Origin: Klebsormidium nitens
Taxonomy: Eukaryota > Plantae > Klebsormidiophyceae
Length of the DNA stretch: 64,000 nt
NCBI GenBank assembly: GCA_000708835.1
Contig: DF237063.1
Coordinates: 100,875 to 164,874, forward strand
Reading direction: 5' to 3'
Numbering within the stretch: the first letter of the stretch is position 1; each line of letters opens with the position of its first letter. Shown here one piece after another: positions 1 through 22,100 of the stretch. The notes under the pieces are model-generated. The model worked only from the letters and a program-made list of their open reading frames with translations, was not told where the DNA came from and searched no databases. The translations under genes and the position numbers were made by a program.

Positions 1-992
1 CAAAAGGGAAGCAAATCTCGTCAGCAGCAGGCTCCAGTGACGAACAGACATGACTTTAGCCGGGTGCTTATAGAGGCACACCCAACAAACTCTATCGTAT
101 GCTTAACTGATATACCTAGTGCAGTAATCTAGTATACGTCCGTTTGATATCGCTCAGTCAAACCGGGTCACCTGATGAGGAACCCTGATTTCCAACAGTC
201 AACACAACGCCGTACCTCCCGATACCTCCCCAATTCGGACCGTCAACGCATCTGCGCTTGAGTTACTTCGTGCAGCCATTTGTTGAGAGCTTATACGACA
301 GCTTAGCGGTATATGCTACAGGACGTCTCCCCCGCTGGAGCTGCCCTGACTCCCCCCCTGATTATACGCCGGGAGAATCCTCCGCGAAACGCGGGCGGCC
401 TCTGCGTGGGGAGCCCACACGGTGATCCCCGTGGTGGGGGCGACGCTGGCTGTGCGATGGAGGGGGGGGCGGGAAAACCGCTCCAGGGCCGAGTGGGACT
501 CACACCGCTGGCGCCTGAAGAGAAGAACGACAATTGTCATCCGGGCTGCGAAGCTTACTGGAAGTAGGTCCTCCTTGAAAAAGCGGCCCGCTGATAGATG
601 CACACCATATGAGTCCCTGTGCAAACTTCAAAGTGGTCAGCGACTTTCGATTCCAGCTACTTGCGTAAAATCGTGTGTGCACTGGGAGCTTCTGAGTCAT
701 GATCAACATTGAGAGAGAAAAGAGACGTCCGTGGTAGACGGAGGGCAGGTGGTACCATGGCACGGCTCAAGGCGCTCTTCGCCCCCGAAGGGGATTGGAG
801 CGAAGTTTCGAGGCCTTCATTGGCACGAACATGAGCCGTTCGGTGGCAAGAGGTGTGCATGAAATAAAAGCTGACAATTTGAGGTCTAATCTGATCAATG
901 GATCTGAAAGTGAAGGAATCTCAATCAGGCTTTCTCTCGTTCTTTCCTCGACACCTTGCGTACAGCACGCGATGAGACAAACACAGAGATCG

Positions 993-1260
993 TCAACGAA
1001 AGGAGCTTTTTTCACACCTCTTGTCGTCGTGGCGCAACTGGCACAGCCCTCCCGCGGCGCAGCCAGTGGGCGTGCAGTAGAACATGCAGTGGACGTTGTA
1101 CCCGATGCGCGACGCGCGCTCGAAGGCCTTGTCCCACGCGCGGCGCGCGTCCTGCCACCCGGGGGGCAGGTCGGTGCGGCCCGGCGGCCGCGACAGGACC
1201 GGTTCAGGGGGCGGGGGGGGCTCCCCGGGCACTTTGATCCAGGGGAGGGAGAGAACCTCG
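993..1260 (-). CDS. Terminal exon of a hypothetical protein with a C-terminal CCCH zinc finger; upstream exons probably lie within ~1400-3985 but are unresolved
   Basis: Translation ...ASRIGYNVHCMFYCTPTGCAAGGLCQLRHDDKRCEKSSFR* contains C-x8-C-x5-C-x3-H, with GC-rich exon-like codons. Other exon-like minus-strand blocks with AG/GT edges occur at ~1845-2020, ~3103-3296 (LYGALHQHYML...) and ~3657-3980, but phases could not be joined unambiguously. Confidence 0.55.
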
Positions 1261-4200
1261 TTTATCCTGGAAGGAAGATGAGAGGAGACTCGATCAGCAC
1301 ATTTTAGGAAGATGAGATGGAACTTGATCCGCACATTTTGATGGGAAGATGGGAGAAAGCTTGATTAAGATTCCGCTCGAGCAGCCTTTGAAGTTGTGAG
1401 AGGGCGTGCGTTGTAATCGTAACAGGGCAGGGAGGAGAGTTGTTGCGGAAGATTTCATCCAGCGGAAACAGAATATCTCCTTTGCTCTCGCAGAGCAATG
1501 GAGGAAACTCGTGAGCAGATTGCATAGGGAAGAGGTTTGGTGAGACCCTCCGTAAAAGATGGAAACTCATGTTTAAAGAACACCTTCCGTGAATCATGAA
1601 AACCCGTATAACGAATACTGTCGAAGTTGATCGGGGTGCATCGACTGCGTGCTCTTGAGTAAGAGGGAAGGTTTGATCAGAAAAAGGGGTGTTTTGACTA
1701 GAGGTCAATCTTATCCTAATGTCCCCGATCGTTCTTCATCTCAAAAAGAAGTTTCTTCGTGTGCAGACGTTTCGGTCAATCCATCTCAAGATTGACCTCA
1801 ACCCGGGTCTCAAATGCAGCACTCGAAACTCCCTGGTACGTACCTCCTCACACGGGGGTCGCCAGCCTGGCAGTCTCCTCGACCGGCTGACGGCGGTCTT
1901 GGCAGGCGGAAGTGCGTGTCGACCGAATATCCTATGGGCATGCACGTGCCGTGCATATGCCAGTGCAGAATGCTGCTCCAGAACAGGTCGCGGTCGCCTA
2001 CCAGCTGAAGCAGGCCCCCTTCGTTGCTCCTGAAAGACAGCGAACCAATTCGGTCAGCGCATAGCTTATACGTGAGTGCGAACAGGTTATGGGTGTGCCA
2101 AGGAAGGTCCAGGTTTCCATTGTGGGGCTCCTGAGGAAGCGGTCGCTGGTTGGAAGGGCATAGCTTGATTTCGAAGATGTATACGTGACGAGAGGATTTC
2201 AGAAGCCCAGGCGCCTTCCTAAAGGAGATAAGAATGGAAGTCGTTTTGTTGAGATATGAGGAGTCTATTCTGCAGAACGTCTCTAAGTGCGTGCAGTTTA
2301 CTCTGAACCTTTGCCTCTGTGTATTTTGCCAACAGCTGCAGCCAGACTCCCTCATTCCTGTCACGTCACGGTCTTTTTTGTCAGAACGGGAGTAGCCTAT
2401 GTGCACCTTCGGATCACCTTCAAGCTCGGGAATCAGCGCACCACATAAAACCCTCTCGTTGAGCCTGGTCTTGGGGACGGAGATTCAGTCTTGCTTCAAA
2501 AACGAATCAAGGCTGATCACGTGTTGCAAGGCTGATCACGCAGCCGCTTGAGCGAAGGTTCATTGCTCCAGAGCATCTGTGTTTGCTGAAATGATGTGCC
2601 TGTTTATAAACAGTACTTCTCCTCGGTCTTCGGGAATATCATAATGGACAATACAATCACGTGAACCAACCCAGAAGTGACTCAGTAAGAGACTCTGGCG
2701 TCCTTGTTCAAAGAATCAGGTCGTCAGAGTAGAAGGGAAAAGGAGGGGAGGAGTTGAGAAAGCCTCGAAGTTAATTCCTTCTTTTCTAACTGAAAGGAGG
2801 ACACAGATGGACATATGACCAGACCAAAGGGAGCTTGTGATCAGGGAGTCTGCTTTTCATACTTTGTCCTTCACTGATTACAATCTCTTACAATCTCTTA
2901 GAGTTGCATATGGCAGATTGGCAAGATCAACGCAGCTCAGGAATCAGTGCACCCACAGCCTTGCAACCTGCACGAAGGACAGCCACATCCTCGCCCCTCA
3001 AAAGCCCGATGCAAACATCCTCCTTATCCAGTCAGAAGTGATGAGGGGCCTGGCTGAGCTCAGCACACGTGGCTGTTCACACCGTTCAAAGGACATCTCA
3101 CCCGTGATCGTCGACAGTGCCCCTGCGCAATTCCGCGAGCTCGGACGCTACTTCAGACGCTGACTTGAATAGGACGTCCACCACGCCCTTCTCGCACGTC
3201 GGTTCCCACAGCCAGCTCACCAGGACGCGTTTCCCGCTCTCAAGGCTTGCAAACGGACAGCTCAGCATGTAGTGCTGGTGCAACGCGCCGTACAACTGCA
3301 AAAGTCAGTAGGGAGTTGATTAGAGGTTGTTCGCTTGGGGCTAACATGCAGTCTGTCTGGTAGGTTAGGTGGAAGCAGATGCAGAGTCCAACGTTTGCGC
3401 TGGTGTAATCAAACTCAGAGGGCAAAGGTTCCTTGGTATCATGACCCAAGTCGCTGATGATTTGGTTGTTTCTGAAGTTCTGTTGGTCGTTCAAAGTAAT
3501 CACTGTCCTCTTCCTGAGGTTGTTTGAGTCGGAAACACTGCGGCAAGGACAGTGCAAAATTTGTAGGGGCAGGTAAGAGTTGGCCTGGAGACCAGGGGGC
3601 AAACAGGTTCAGTGTAAAGAGCATCCTGAACGTCCTCAGACAATATAAGAGTTACCTGCGAGAGGCGTGCTAGCTGCAACGCTTGCTGCTGCCCTGCAGA
3701 GTCCCTCCACCCTGACCAGGTGCCGCTCCGCGCAGAGGGGGCTGCCTCCCTGGCAGGAGGACCCCCCTGGAAGCTCGTGATGCAGGACTGGTCGTCCTGG
3801 GAGTTCCCGCTGCTGTTCGACATTTGAATGGGGGAACTTGCTTCCCAGGGGAGGGGGAAGGGGGGGAAGGGGCTAGGGGCCCTGTGGACCAGTTTTATGA
3901 GGCACCGAAAGAGAACATCAGAGCGGGGAGTCTCTGGATCAGCTGGCTGAAAAGGTGCTGAAATGTACCATTCTGGCTTCTGCAATTCTTCGAAGCAGCT
4001 TGAAGCAGCTCCAACCTTTGAGCGCTCCTATGCTGAGCCTTTCTGTCTGGTATGTTGTTGCCACCCTTGACAAGTGAGAGCTTCAGCGCGGGCTTGACCT
4101 TTCACCAGTGGCTTGTGGTTGAGGAATGCAAGAGATGTCCTTGCTTTTCAGCTGACAACGAGGACTCTGCCGCGTCTGCTTGGCTTTTGGTTGTCTGGGC

Positions 4201-7200
4201 ATCTTCCCCGAGACAAAGAAAAGCGACCACATCTGTCGATGATGCTCATTGATTCACCTTGCCATCACCAATCAAACTCCCCCGGAAAGCGCAACCATAT
4301 CAAGCCAGATAAGGCCCATCGGAGTTTGTCTGGAGGGTTCAAAGTAACTTAGTATGACTGGGCAGGTAAGCCCCACTTCCTTCCAGGCAGCTCATGAAGG
4401 AAGGATGGCTCTATCTTGTCCCACTGAGAGAAGTGATACACTTTGTAACTGAGCAATAAACTCAATCGGAGGTTGATTTTTTCTGCAGAGGCGCCTTTCA
4501 AACTTAGCATTGGTCTAGATATGTTCGTAGCTAATGCTCTGACGAAAGTGAGAGGGACAAAGATCTAAAGGTAAAGCGCCTTTTCACGAAGCGTTCGACC
4601 GAAAGTGTGTGCACATCCCTCAAAGCGTGCACTTCGCAGTCTTCGCTTCGGCTGCCTACGGACTCTTCCTTGAAGATTCTTCTCAAGAAGTGTACCACGT
4701 GGCTTTTGAACCGCTTTTGAAAGCGCTTTTTCAGATATGAAGAGCGAAAGAATGTCATGCACCCTATTACACAGTGCCTAGCAGTCCACGCAGGAGCTGA
4801 CCTGGCTGGCAGGGCTACCAGCTCTAGCCGCAACACCTGCTACTGCAATGCACTCAGAAAGCTCTGCCTGGTAGATAGGGCGTGCACGCCGCGTCGATGG
4901 CGTCGGCTTATGAGCCTCAGGCAGCTTGGAAGGAATGGGAATGTCGCCAATTCGCTCGTACTTTAGTGAGGGTTAAAGATAATACCGTAGATGCATTTTC
5001 AAAGCTTCCAGATGGATGGTTTTCCTAACCACAAGATGGACAGTGCACACTGCACTGTGCAATGTGCACGACTGTACTGTGTACATGCTGTGGACCCTTG
5101 AGCCCTAGCTGGCCCCCGAGTCCTGACTCCTGAGTCCTGACCATACTCCTGGCCCAAGTTTCTACCGAGCAGAGATTTGGTACAGAGATACGGTACTATA
5201 AATACAAGCTGTATAAAAGCTGGACTAATCTTTTCACCAAGCCATCTACCGGGCGAGGACAACAAAAGCGTAACCAGATTTTTGTCAGACCTTTCTTACC
5301 AAACGAGATTAACCCATGGCCAACTCAACCCGTCCCCGGCCCCGACGGGCTTTCTAGGGCATATATAATATCATCCAGAAATTGGAGATCTGGGGATCGG
5401 GTGGCTTGCGATTGACAATTGATTTCAACCGCCATGCCTGGAAGTTGGGAGCTTTGGAACGGCGAACACGTGTTCGTGTCAGAAATGATATGCTGAAAGT
5501 TTGGAAGGGTAACGGCAGGGGGGCCAAACACCCAGGTGAAATGTTTTACAGCCTGATCCATGTTCCAGCAGCGAAACGATTGCTTGCCCAAAGCCGGGCA
5601 ATGGCGGGATTAGGCCCCCAAAAGGTCAGCTTGAACCTCTGCTGGGTTTTAGGGTCCGGGCAAGCAGCCGTTTAGAATTGTTTAAGGGCAGGTTAGGGTA
5701 TCTACACAGGCAAATGTATGCTTAAACCAACTTCTAACAATCTATTATACTACCGTTAAGTTCTCTCCTTTGACCAACCGAACAGCACATATGCGCTCGG
5801 ATCACTTCAGAATGTAATATTGACCGTTCAGGAAATATAGATTTCCACATCGGACGGCTCAGAAAATGGTTGCATTTTTAAAAGGTTTTGGCTGGCGTGT
5901 GGTCCCCCTGCCTCCGAGTCTCCGACTCTAGCTCCAGCCTCTTGGGGTCTGGACACTGCATGAGTATGAAACCCTTGGTTGGATCTTGTGCGAGGCCGCC
6001 TTTAACCTGTGACCGAGAAGTTCTTGCCATCCCTCTTCAGGGACGCCGGCAGATCTCAGAGGCATGTCCCAGCGCGGGAGCAGCCGGGCGATGTTGCCCG
6101 GGGTTCTACCGTATCCCCTCACGTCTTAACACCACCGATCGGGGTACTGTAATACCTGTGGGTTCTCAAATTCGACAATACCCGAGTACAAGCATATTGA
6201 CGAAGATGGTTTAGGTGGAGGTTTTCGTTGCCAAGCAATGAGATTCAGAGCAGTGCCAAGATTCAAGCTTGATACCGCCCAGCGCTCAAGCCCCGGTTCA
6301 AATTCATAAACAACCGTCTCCGGCTCACGTCATGAAAAGCGTCACGAGTCACATGTACCTGTCAGAATAAAGCCTGCGCGTTTTGCGGTTAGGAACATGA
6401 GCGGGTAAAACGTGTGCACATTCAATGATTACTTTCGGATGGTAACTTGTAAGGGGATTCGGAATTCCCAGTCCAGAGTTCAGGCACCCGGCGTGAGTCG
6501 TGACCCAGCTAACCAGTTACCAAGCGCTTAGGGTGCATTATACACGTACTACTGCAGCAGTGACTTGCAGGTGCCACGTAGTAGGTATTACTAGGAGTGT
6601 GACAGCGCATGGCAGCGTCACGAGCCACACTCCCACTGCGAGTCTTTTGACGGGACATGTGCAAGACCCCAGACTCCACTCCAGACTCTATACACTATAA
6701 TACAGGCCAGCATATATAAGGTAGTCGAGTTGTCGACTGATCGAGTTAAGACTCCCCACACTAAAAGAGGTATCCCTCCGGATCCTACTTTAAGGCATTC
6801 TCTATGACAGAATTCAGGCTAAAGCATGATTCGTGATCAAAGCGAGATTCGATTTACCTAGAGCTGAAGAGTTGAAGAGCTGCGGGATCGCACGAGCCTC
6901 GATAGGGTAATTTTGATTTTCTGCGTTACAAAGGTGGCGGAAGTCTTGTCACGGCCGCAACTTCCGGTTGTAATATCATTGACTTCAAAGAGCATGACAT
7001 TCACTGCCGTTGAGCCTTTGAATTGATTTGCACAACCGTGACGTAGGACACTCTCCGTACATGACTGATTCATTTTCATCTTGTCTCTCTCTTTCTTTTC
7101 CTTGTTTCCTGTTCTAATGTTCCCCACCTTCACGAATGATCATTTCAGCGAGAAAATGTGCAGAATTCAATCGTCTGCATTGGCCACATTATATGTTAGC

Positions 7201-7363
7201 ACGTCCGACGTTGCATCACGTCGTCCGAGTCAGCCTGATCTGCTGATCATCGGGTTAGTACGAAATTAGTCACAGACTTAGAGTGATGGAGAGACTACAG
7301 CAGCTTCGAGATGGTTGACGGGGGAGGCGTCTCACTTGATGACGCCTTGTTGCCTAAAAAGTA

Positions 7364-7952
7364 TTGGCCATGCGTCGGCGGTCCTCACTGAGTTCGCTGC
7401 GTGAAGCCGTTGCTAGAGCTACGGAGCTATTCAACATTGATCCGACACACGCAGTCACTGCAGATGACAATATGACCAGCTTTGCAATCAGCCTTTGGCA
7501 ATGTTTGGATTTCAATCATGAGCTTTTCCGTAAGGTGGAGCCTTTTTCCTTGATTGTCAGCTGGAGCGGGTCCTCTCAGAGAGGAGTAATTCCAAAGGTG
7601 TTTTAGCACACACAAGACATGTCCGATACATGATGGCGGATCCACTCCAGGCATTCAGCAGCCTAGCAGAAGCCGAGTTGGTAATAATTAATGAATTCTC
7701 ATCATTGCTGCATGGGGCTGGCTACTTGACTATACTTCAAGCCGGCAGTAAGAGCAACATGACTGGTTTACCTAGCATCTGCTCATGCTATTGAATTGAC
7801 TTATTGTTACCCTGTTTTTTAGAGATTGATGTTAATAGCGTGGTGTTATCACACATCCGCATACGCGATTCGTTCGTCAAGGGCAAAATCAAGGTAAGTC
7901 AATCGCAACGTCTGCCGCTGCATGTTTTTACAGCTTGACAATCAAGAGGGAC
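7364..7952 (+). pseudogene. Possible decayed or poorly conserved spliced gene
   Basis: Clean splice signals tttttag|AGATTGAT...ATCAAG|gtaagt (~7823-7893) and ttttacag|CTTGAC...TAA join in frame to an upstream block (...LLHGAGYLTILQAG-K-IDVNSVVLSHIRIRDSFVKGKIK-LDNQEGRLT*). The 5' part has frame breaks. No recognisable family. Confidence 0.3.
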
Positions 7953-9011
7953 GGTTGACCTAAGGAGCCTTCACATGCCAGCAGCATGAACCGTTGAGCA
8001 TGACATGGAGTGCGTACCATACATGGCGGACTGAAAGACCACACGGCCAGTACACTGTAAAGAGGTTTAAACTCAAAGGTGACCGGACCATCTGAAGACC
8101 CCTTGCAGCCTAGAAATGCTACAGGTCCAGCCGCAATAAGCCGAGTTGCTTTCGAGATCATGGCTTTGTGCTAGCATAAGCCAGCTCATGACTGTAGCGC
8201 CTCATTTTGACCCTATTTTGACCCCATCTCAATATCATGTCTGATATATGAATGATCTCGGTCAGTGAGGGCGGCTACGCATGAAGTTTGGCTAGCCTGT
8301 AAAATCGTAGATTTGCATGACCGTCGAATCCTTTGATGTACTAGGCCGCAGCCTTGACTCAAACACGCACGCCAACCACGTGAGATGCCAACCGAGCTAA
8401 CTAGAGTGGATGAAAAATAGTAACTGGAGTGCTTACAAAAGCTTACTCAATTGAGCTCACGAGACAACATACCGTATGTCGATCATGCGTGCCATCATCA
8501 TGCACTTACAACCGAGACAAGCATGCTTCAAATCATTCGCGCAATCTCTTGTATAGGTAGCCATGCCTAGCGCATGCAGGCAACACGTTAACTTAACAAA
8601 ACCCACCGCACGGTCAAATCCATGCTTATCGTATAATTCGACATGAAACTGCTCAAAACTCAAGCTCCCCCGGCTTTTAACAGCTCCAGTAAGTTGAAGC
8701 CTCGGAATCTGACTCATGTATATAAACAAGTTCCAACCTTTTGGCCTACGCTGATGTTGCCCACGATGCTGGTTATGAATACTAGTCATGTACATCTATC
8801 CCGCTTACGACCTAGATCAGTACGGCGTTGCCTTTGCATATGAGGTACCAAACGCGTTCGGATGCCGCATAGATGCGGACACCTGTGGCAAAAAAGCTTC
8901 TCCGGCACCTCACCTCTTCCCCTCTTTGCACCTAGTCTCTCCGCAAACGCACCTACCTAACATCAGCCCCGATCTGGCATTATAGAGGATGTCCCGATAC
9001 CCCGGGTATTA

Positions 9012-18796
<9,785 letters not shown>

Positions 18797-19074
18797 TTGT
18801 GCAAGAGAAAAGTGTCAAGTGGGACACATGCGGGGACCTTTCACTGAAGCAATGCGTCCTTTGTGGACGAAGGACAGCTCCGCAGCTGAACGTTTTGCTG
18901 TCGGCGTCGCCCTGTTCGAGGGCTGAAGAACAGAGCTAGGTACCGTATTTAGATGGAATCTGATCAGTCTGATCATCAGAGTCTGCATGGAAGTGAGTTC
19001 ATGGACATTTGTGGCGGTGTAACGCCGCCGCTCAGCCAGCCGTAGCGTTACGAAGCAAAGTCGGCCTTCCCTCA

Positions 19075-19083
19075 AAACCCTAA
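19075..19083 (+). promoter_or_regulatory. Telo-box (AAACCCTAA) in the short divergent promoter between DCAF8 and AAGAB
   Basis: Exact AAACCCTAA between ATG 18796 (-) and ATG 19200 (+). Confidence 0.5.
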
Positions 19084-19199
19084 TTGGAGGCTTTGCACCT
19101 TAGGATTTTTTGATGGAAATTCAACCAGCTCACTTCTTGGATACAGGGCGCAATCAACTCTGTGAGACATAGCGTCCTGTAGGACTATAGCAGGCCAAG

Positions 19200-22100
19200 A
19201 TGGGCGTAAGCGTTGAAGCAGTTGAGGCTCCGGCAGCAGACAATCCGCAGCGGCCAAGTATCCTGGTGGTGGGCCCTAAGGATGTTGGCAAACGATCTTT
19301 GGTCCGCCGTGAGTGAGAACTGGGTCTGGCTGCACCTCGTATGTGCCCTGTCATCATTAATTGCGGATTTTTGCTGCGAATTTGTGGGCGCTGATTGGTT
19401 GTTGACCTCCTGGCCTAACAATTTGACTGTGTCTCTTGGATTTTGTGGCTTGCTTTCCTGTGGTGTTTTTGGTCACCTCCATTCTTGGATAATGAATTGT
19501 ATTCACTTGATTGCATACCAACTATGTAAGACTTCTGTTTGTGGGGTCTGCTCTTGCAAGCTCATGGCAATTGGCTGATGGGAATGTATACACCCAAACA
19601 TAACTGCACTCTGAGCTGAGATGCATACGCCTGTCTTTCTTCTGATGCAGGACTTGTGAGAGGTGCAAAGAGCGCACAAACGAGCATACCAGGAGGCGTG
19701 GTCACCAGTCACAGGTGCAGATACCTCTGCTCTGTCGCTCAAACATCAAAGCTGAGACCATGTTCTGCTTTTTCCAGATTCTCTCTGCTTGTCTGATCTT
19801 CTAAGAGGCTCTTTATCAGGAGTGTCTTACATCTATTCTGCCTTGGCCGGTCCTAATAGACTGCTGTACTTGGTGCTATTAGGATTGGTGTCCTTCGTTG
19901 CTGTAGCAAGGCTCGCCGCGCGGTTTGAGGGACCTGGTTTGAGAACTGCACAAAGTTACAGTCTCAGCTGGCCTCATGTAAGGAAATAGTGGTTGGGAAT
20001 CACCGATCCTTTCAACGTGTTGAAAGCATGTATTCCGGCCTGCAGGTGGTCCATTGACACCAAATACTACACAGCGGATGTAAACCTGTGGGTGTCGCAT
20101 TCTGAGGACCTGTTAGAAGACACGGCAAAAGCTCAGGCCCTTGCGGCTGGCTGCGACGCACTTGTACTGGTCTTTGATCTGAGCGAGGTAAGGAATGTTG
20201 ATTGCTTTCGTACCCGATCACCACACATACCCAAACACCACTCCAACATATTTGGCTTGAGGGATGTTGTGATATCTTTTGGAGCTGTGACAAGGGAACA
20301 AGCGAGAGTATCTGAGCCTCGCTCGCAAACTCGTCTTATCAGCCCTTATCAGCTCCGTTCTGGTGATTGGCAAAGGTGCTGATGCAATCAGAGAACAAAG
20401 CAAGAACTGTCGCACCCTGCAAAGCAAGCTTACCACTCGCCTTGCTCATGCTCATACCTGCTAGTAATCAGAAGCAGATCTCCAGATAGGCAGCCCTTCG
20501 TAGTCAGATTCAACTTTAGCAGAGATCTGACAAGAGGTCTTATTTACCTTTTTCTTTAGGAGGCGTCGTTCGCAAGCGTCCAAGATTGGGCCTCCTCGTT
20601 GGACCTTGCGACGTTTGACGTCCTGCTGTGCATCGCCAACAAGGCGGACCTCGTCCCCGACCACCATGCGCACGACAGCCTGCAGCAAGAGAGGCCGCTG
20701 CAATGGGAGCAGAGGCATCGCCTGGTGGAGGTGAGACTCTTCACCCCAAAAAGACTTCTCAAAGCGTGAACGTTTCTCCCGCCTGGTGGACGTGAAACTC
20801 TTCATCTTAAAAGGATTTCCCAAATCGCAAACGTTTGTCCCGCCTGGTGGATGTGAAAGTCTTGACCGCAAAAGGATCTCTCCAAGCCGCAAACGCTTTT
20901 GTCTCGTCCGGTGCGGGACACCATACAGATAAAAAGGTTCTCTCAAGGTGCATAGCTTTGTCCTTGGAGCATATCCTATTACTTCTGCTCTTTGGTGCAC
21001 CCCAAGCAGCTCTCCTGAACAGGACAGGCGTGGCACTAGCCTGGGTAGTGTACAAATCGGCCCTTGTTCGGCATCGATTGTTTATTCCAGGAAAACAACA
21101 GTGTCTACTTTGCTGCCAGGTCTTCTATCCTATCCGTTGTTCATCGTTTTCGCTGGTGGACTTGCAAGTAAGGTCAACGATTGCACACGGAACAACAGGC
21201 CCGAATCCTTGTGAGGGGAAGGGGGAAGTTCTCCACTTAAAGTCACGATCTGGTACCAATAGGCACGACTTTCGGTGCACAAAAAGGTCAGGCAGTAAAT
21301 CAGTGTTAATGAACATTTATAAACGAGATTGAAACCTCTATCTTTTTGCCACCAGGCGGGGGACTCATCGGACGCGAATGAACCGTCCGTTGGATTCGGA
21401 CGCCCAACCAAGGCTCTGGACGTCCGGCGGCAGGAGTACTCGGAGTGGTGCCTGGACAACGGGGTGGAGTACATCGAGGCGTGCACGCTGGACGAGCACT
21501 TCGACCAACGTGAGGGACTCTTCATGTAGCCCACTCTAATCGACGTTCTACCTGAAGGAGCGTCGCAGATTACGTCAGCTGTGTTTTGCCATCCCCGAGA
21601 AGAACACCGACAAATACCATTCGGGTTTCTCGCGCTCAGTTGGAATTACGCAGTTGGGAGATGTCTAACGGAGTCAGGTGGCCTTGGACCGGTGTGTGAG
21701 CCATCGTTCAGTATTCTGCTCGAACAAGGTCATTTTCTAGTACGCTTCAGCCAGCCCGATAAATATTTCTGCAACGTCGTAGTTTCTGCTGCCACGTGAC
21801 ACCGTGACGGGGCGCTTACATCAACGCCTCCCTCCTCACTGCTTCAACATAGACAGTACGGTTCGAAAAATCAAACTCATGAAACGCGATTCTTCTCCAG
21901 TATCAGCTTTTCGATTCTCATCGCAGATCCTTCTTCCTGGACGTCAATGCGATATATGGTATCCAGAACAACTGCAAGAGAGGAAAGGAACGTCTAGATA
22001 TTTCCTACACACTGGAGGAGGTGCTGACTGTAGGTTTGCATCCGAAAAGCAGTCTCTCAGTGATTTGAGCTCGAGAAGCCGTCATTTATTTATAGCCTGT

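Noticed and set aside
165-200. CTGATGA followed by a GGAA...TTCC stem, resembling a hammerhead ribozyme core
   Set aside because: The required GAAA after stem II and the stem I/III pairings are absent.
303-624. GC-rich exon-like block with ORFs on both strands
   Set aside because: Plausible splice acceptors exist on both strands, and no recognisable product fixes the strand or frame; not called.
2411-2420. GGATCACCTT, matching the 16S rRNA 3' end
   Set aside because: Isolated 10-mer with no flanking rRNA sequence.
4531-4836. Short ORFs and an ATG-less protein-like plus frame (…AVFASAAYGLFLEDSSQEVYHVAFEPLLKALFQI*)
   Set aside because: No start, splice context or family; cannot be told apart from chance.
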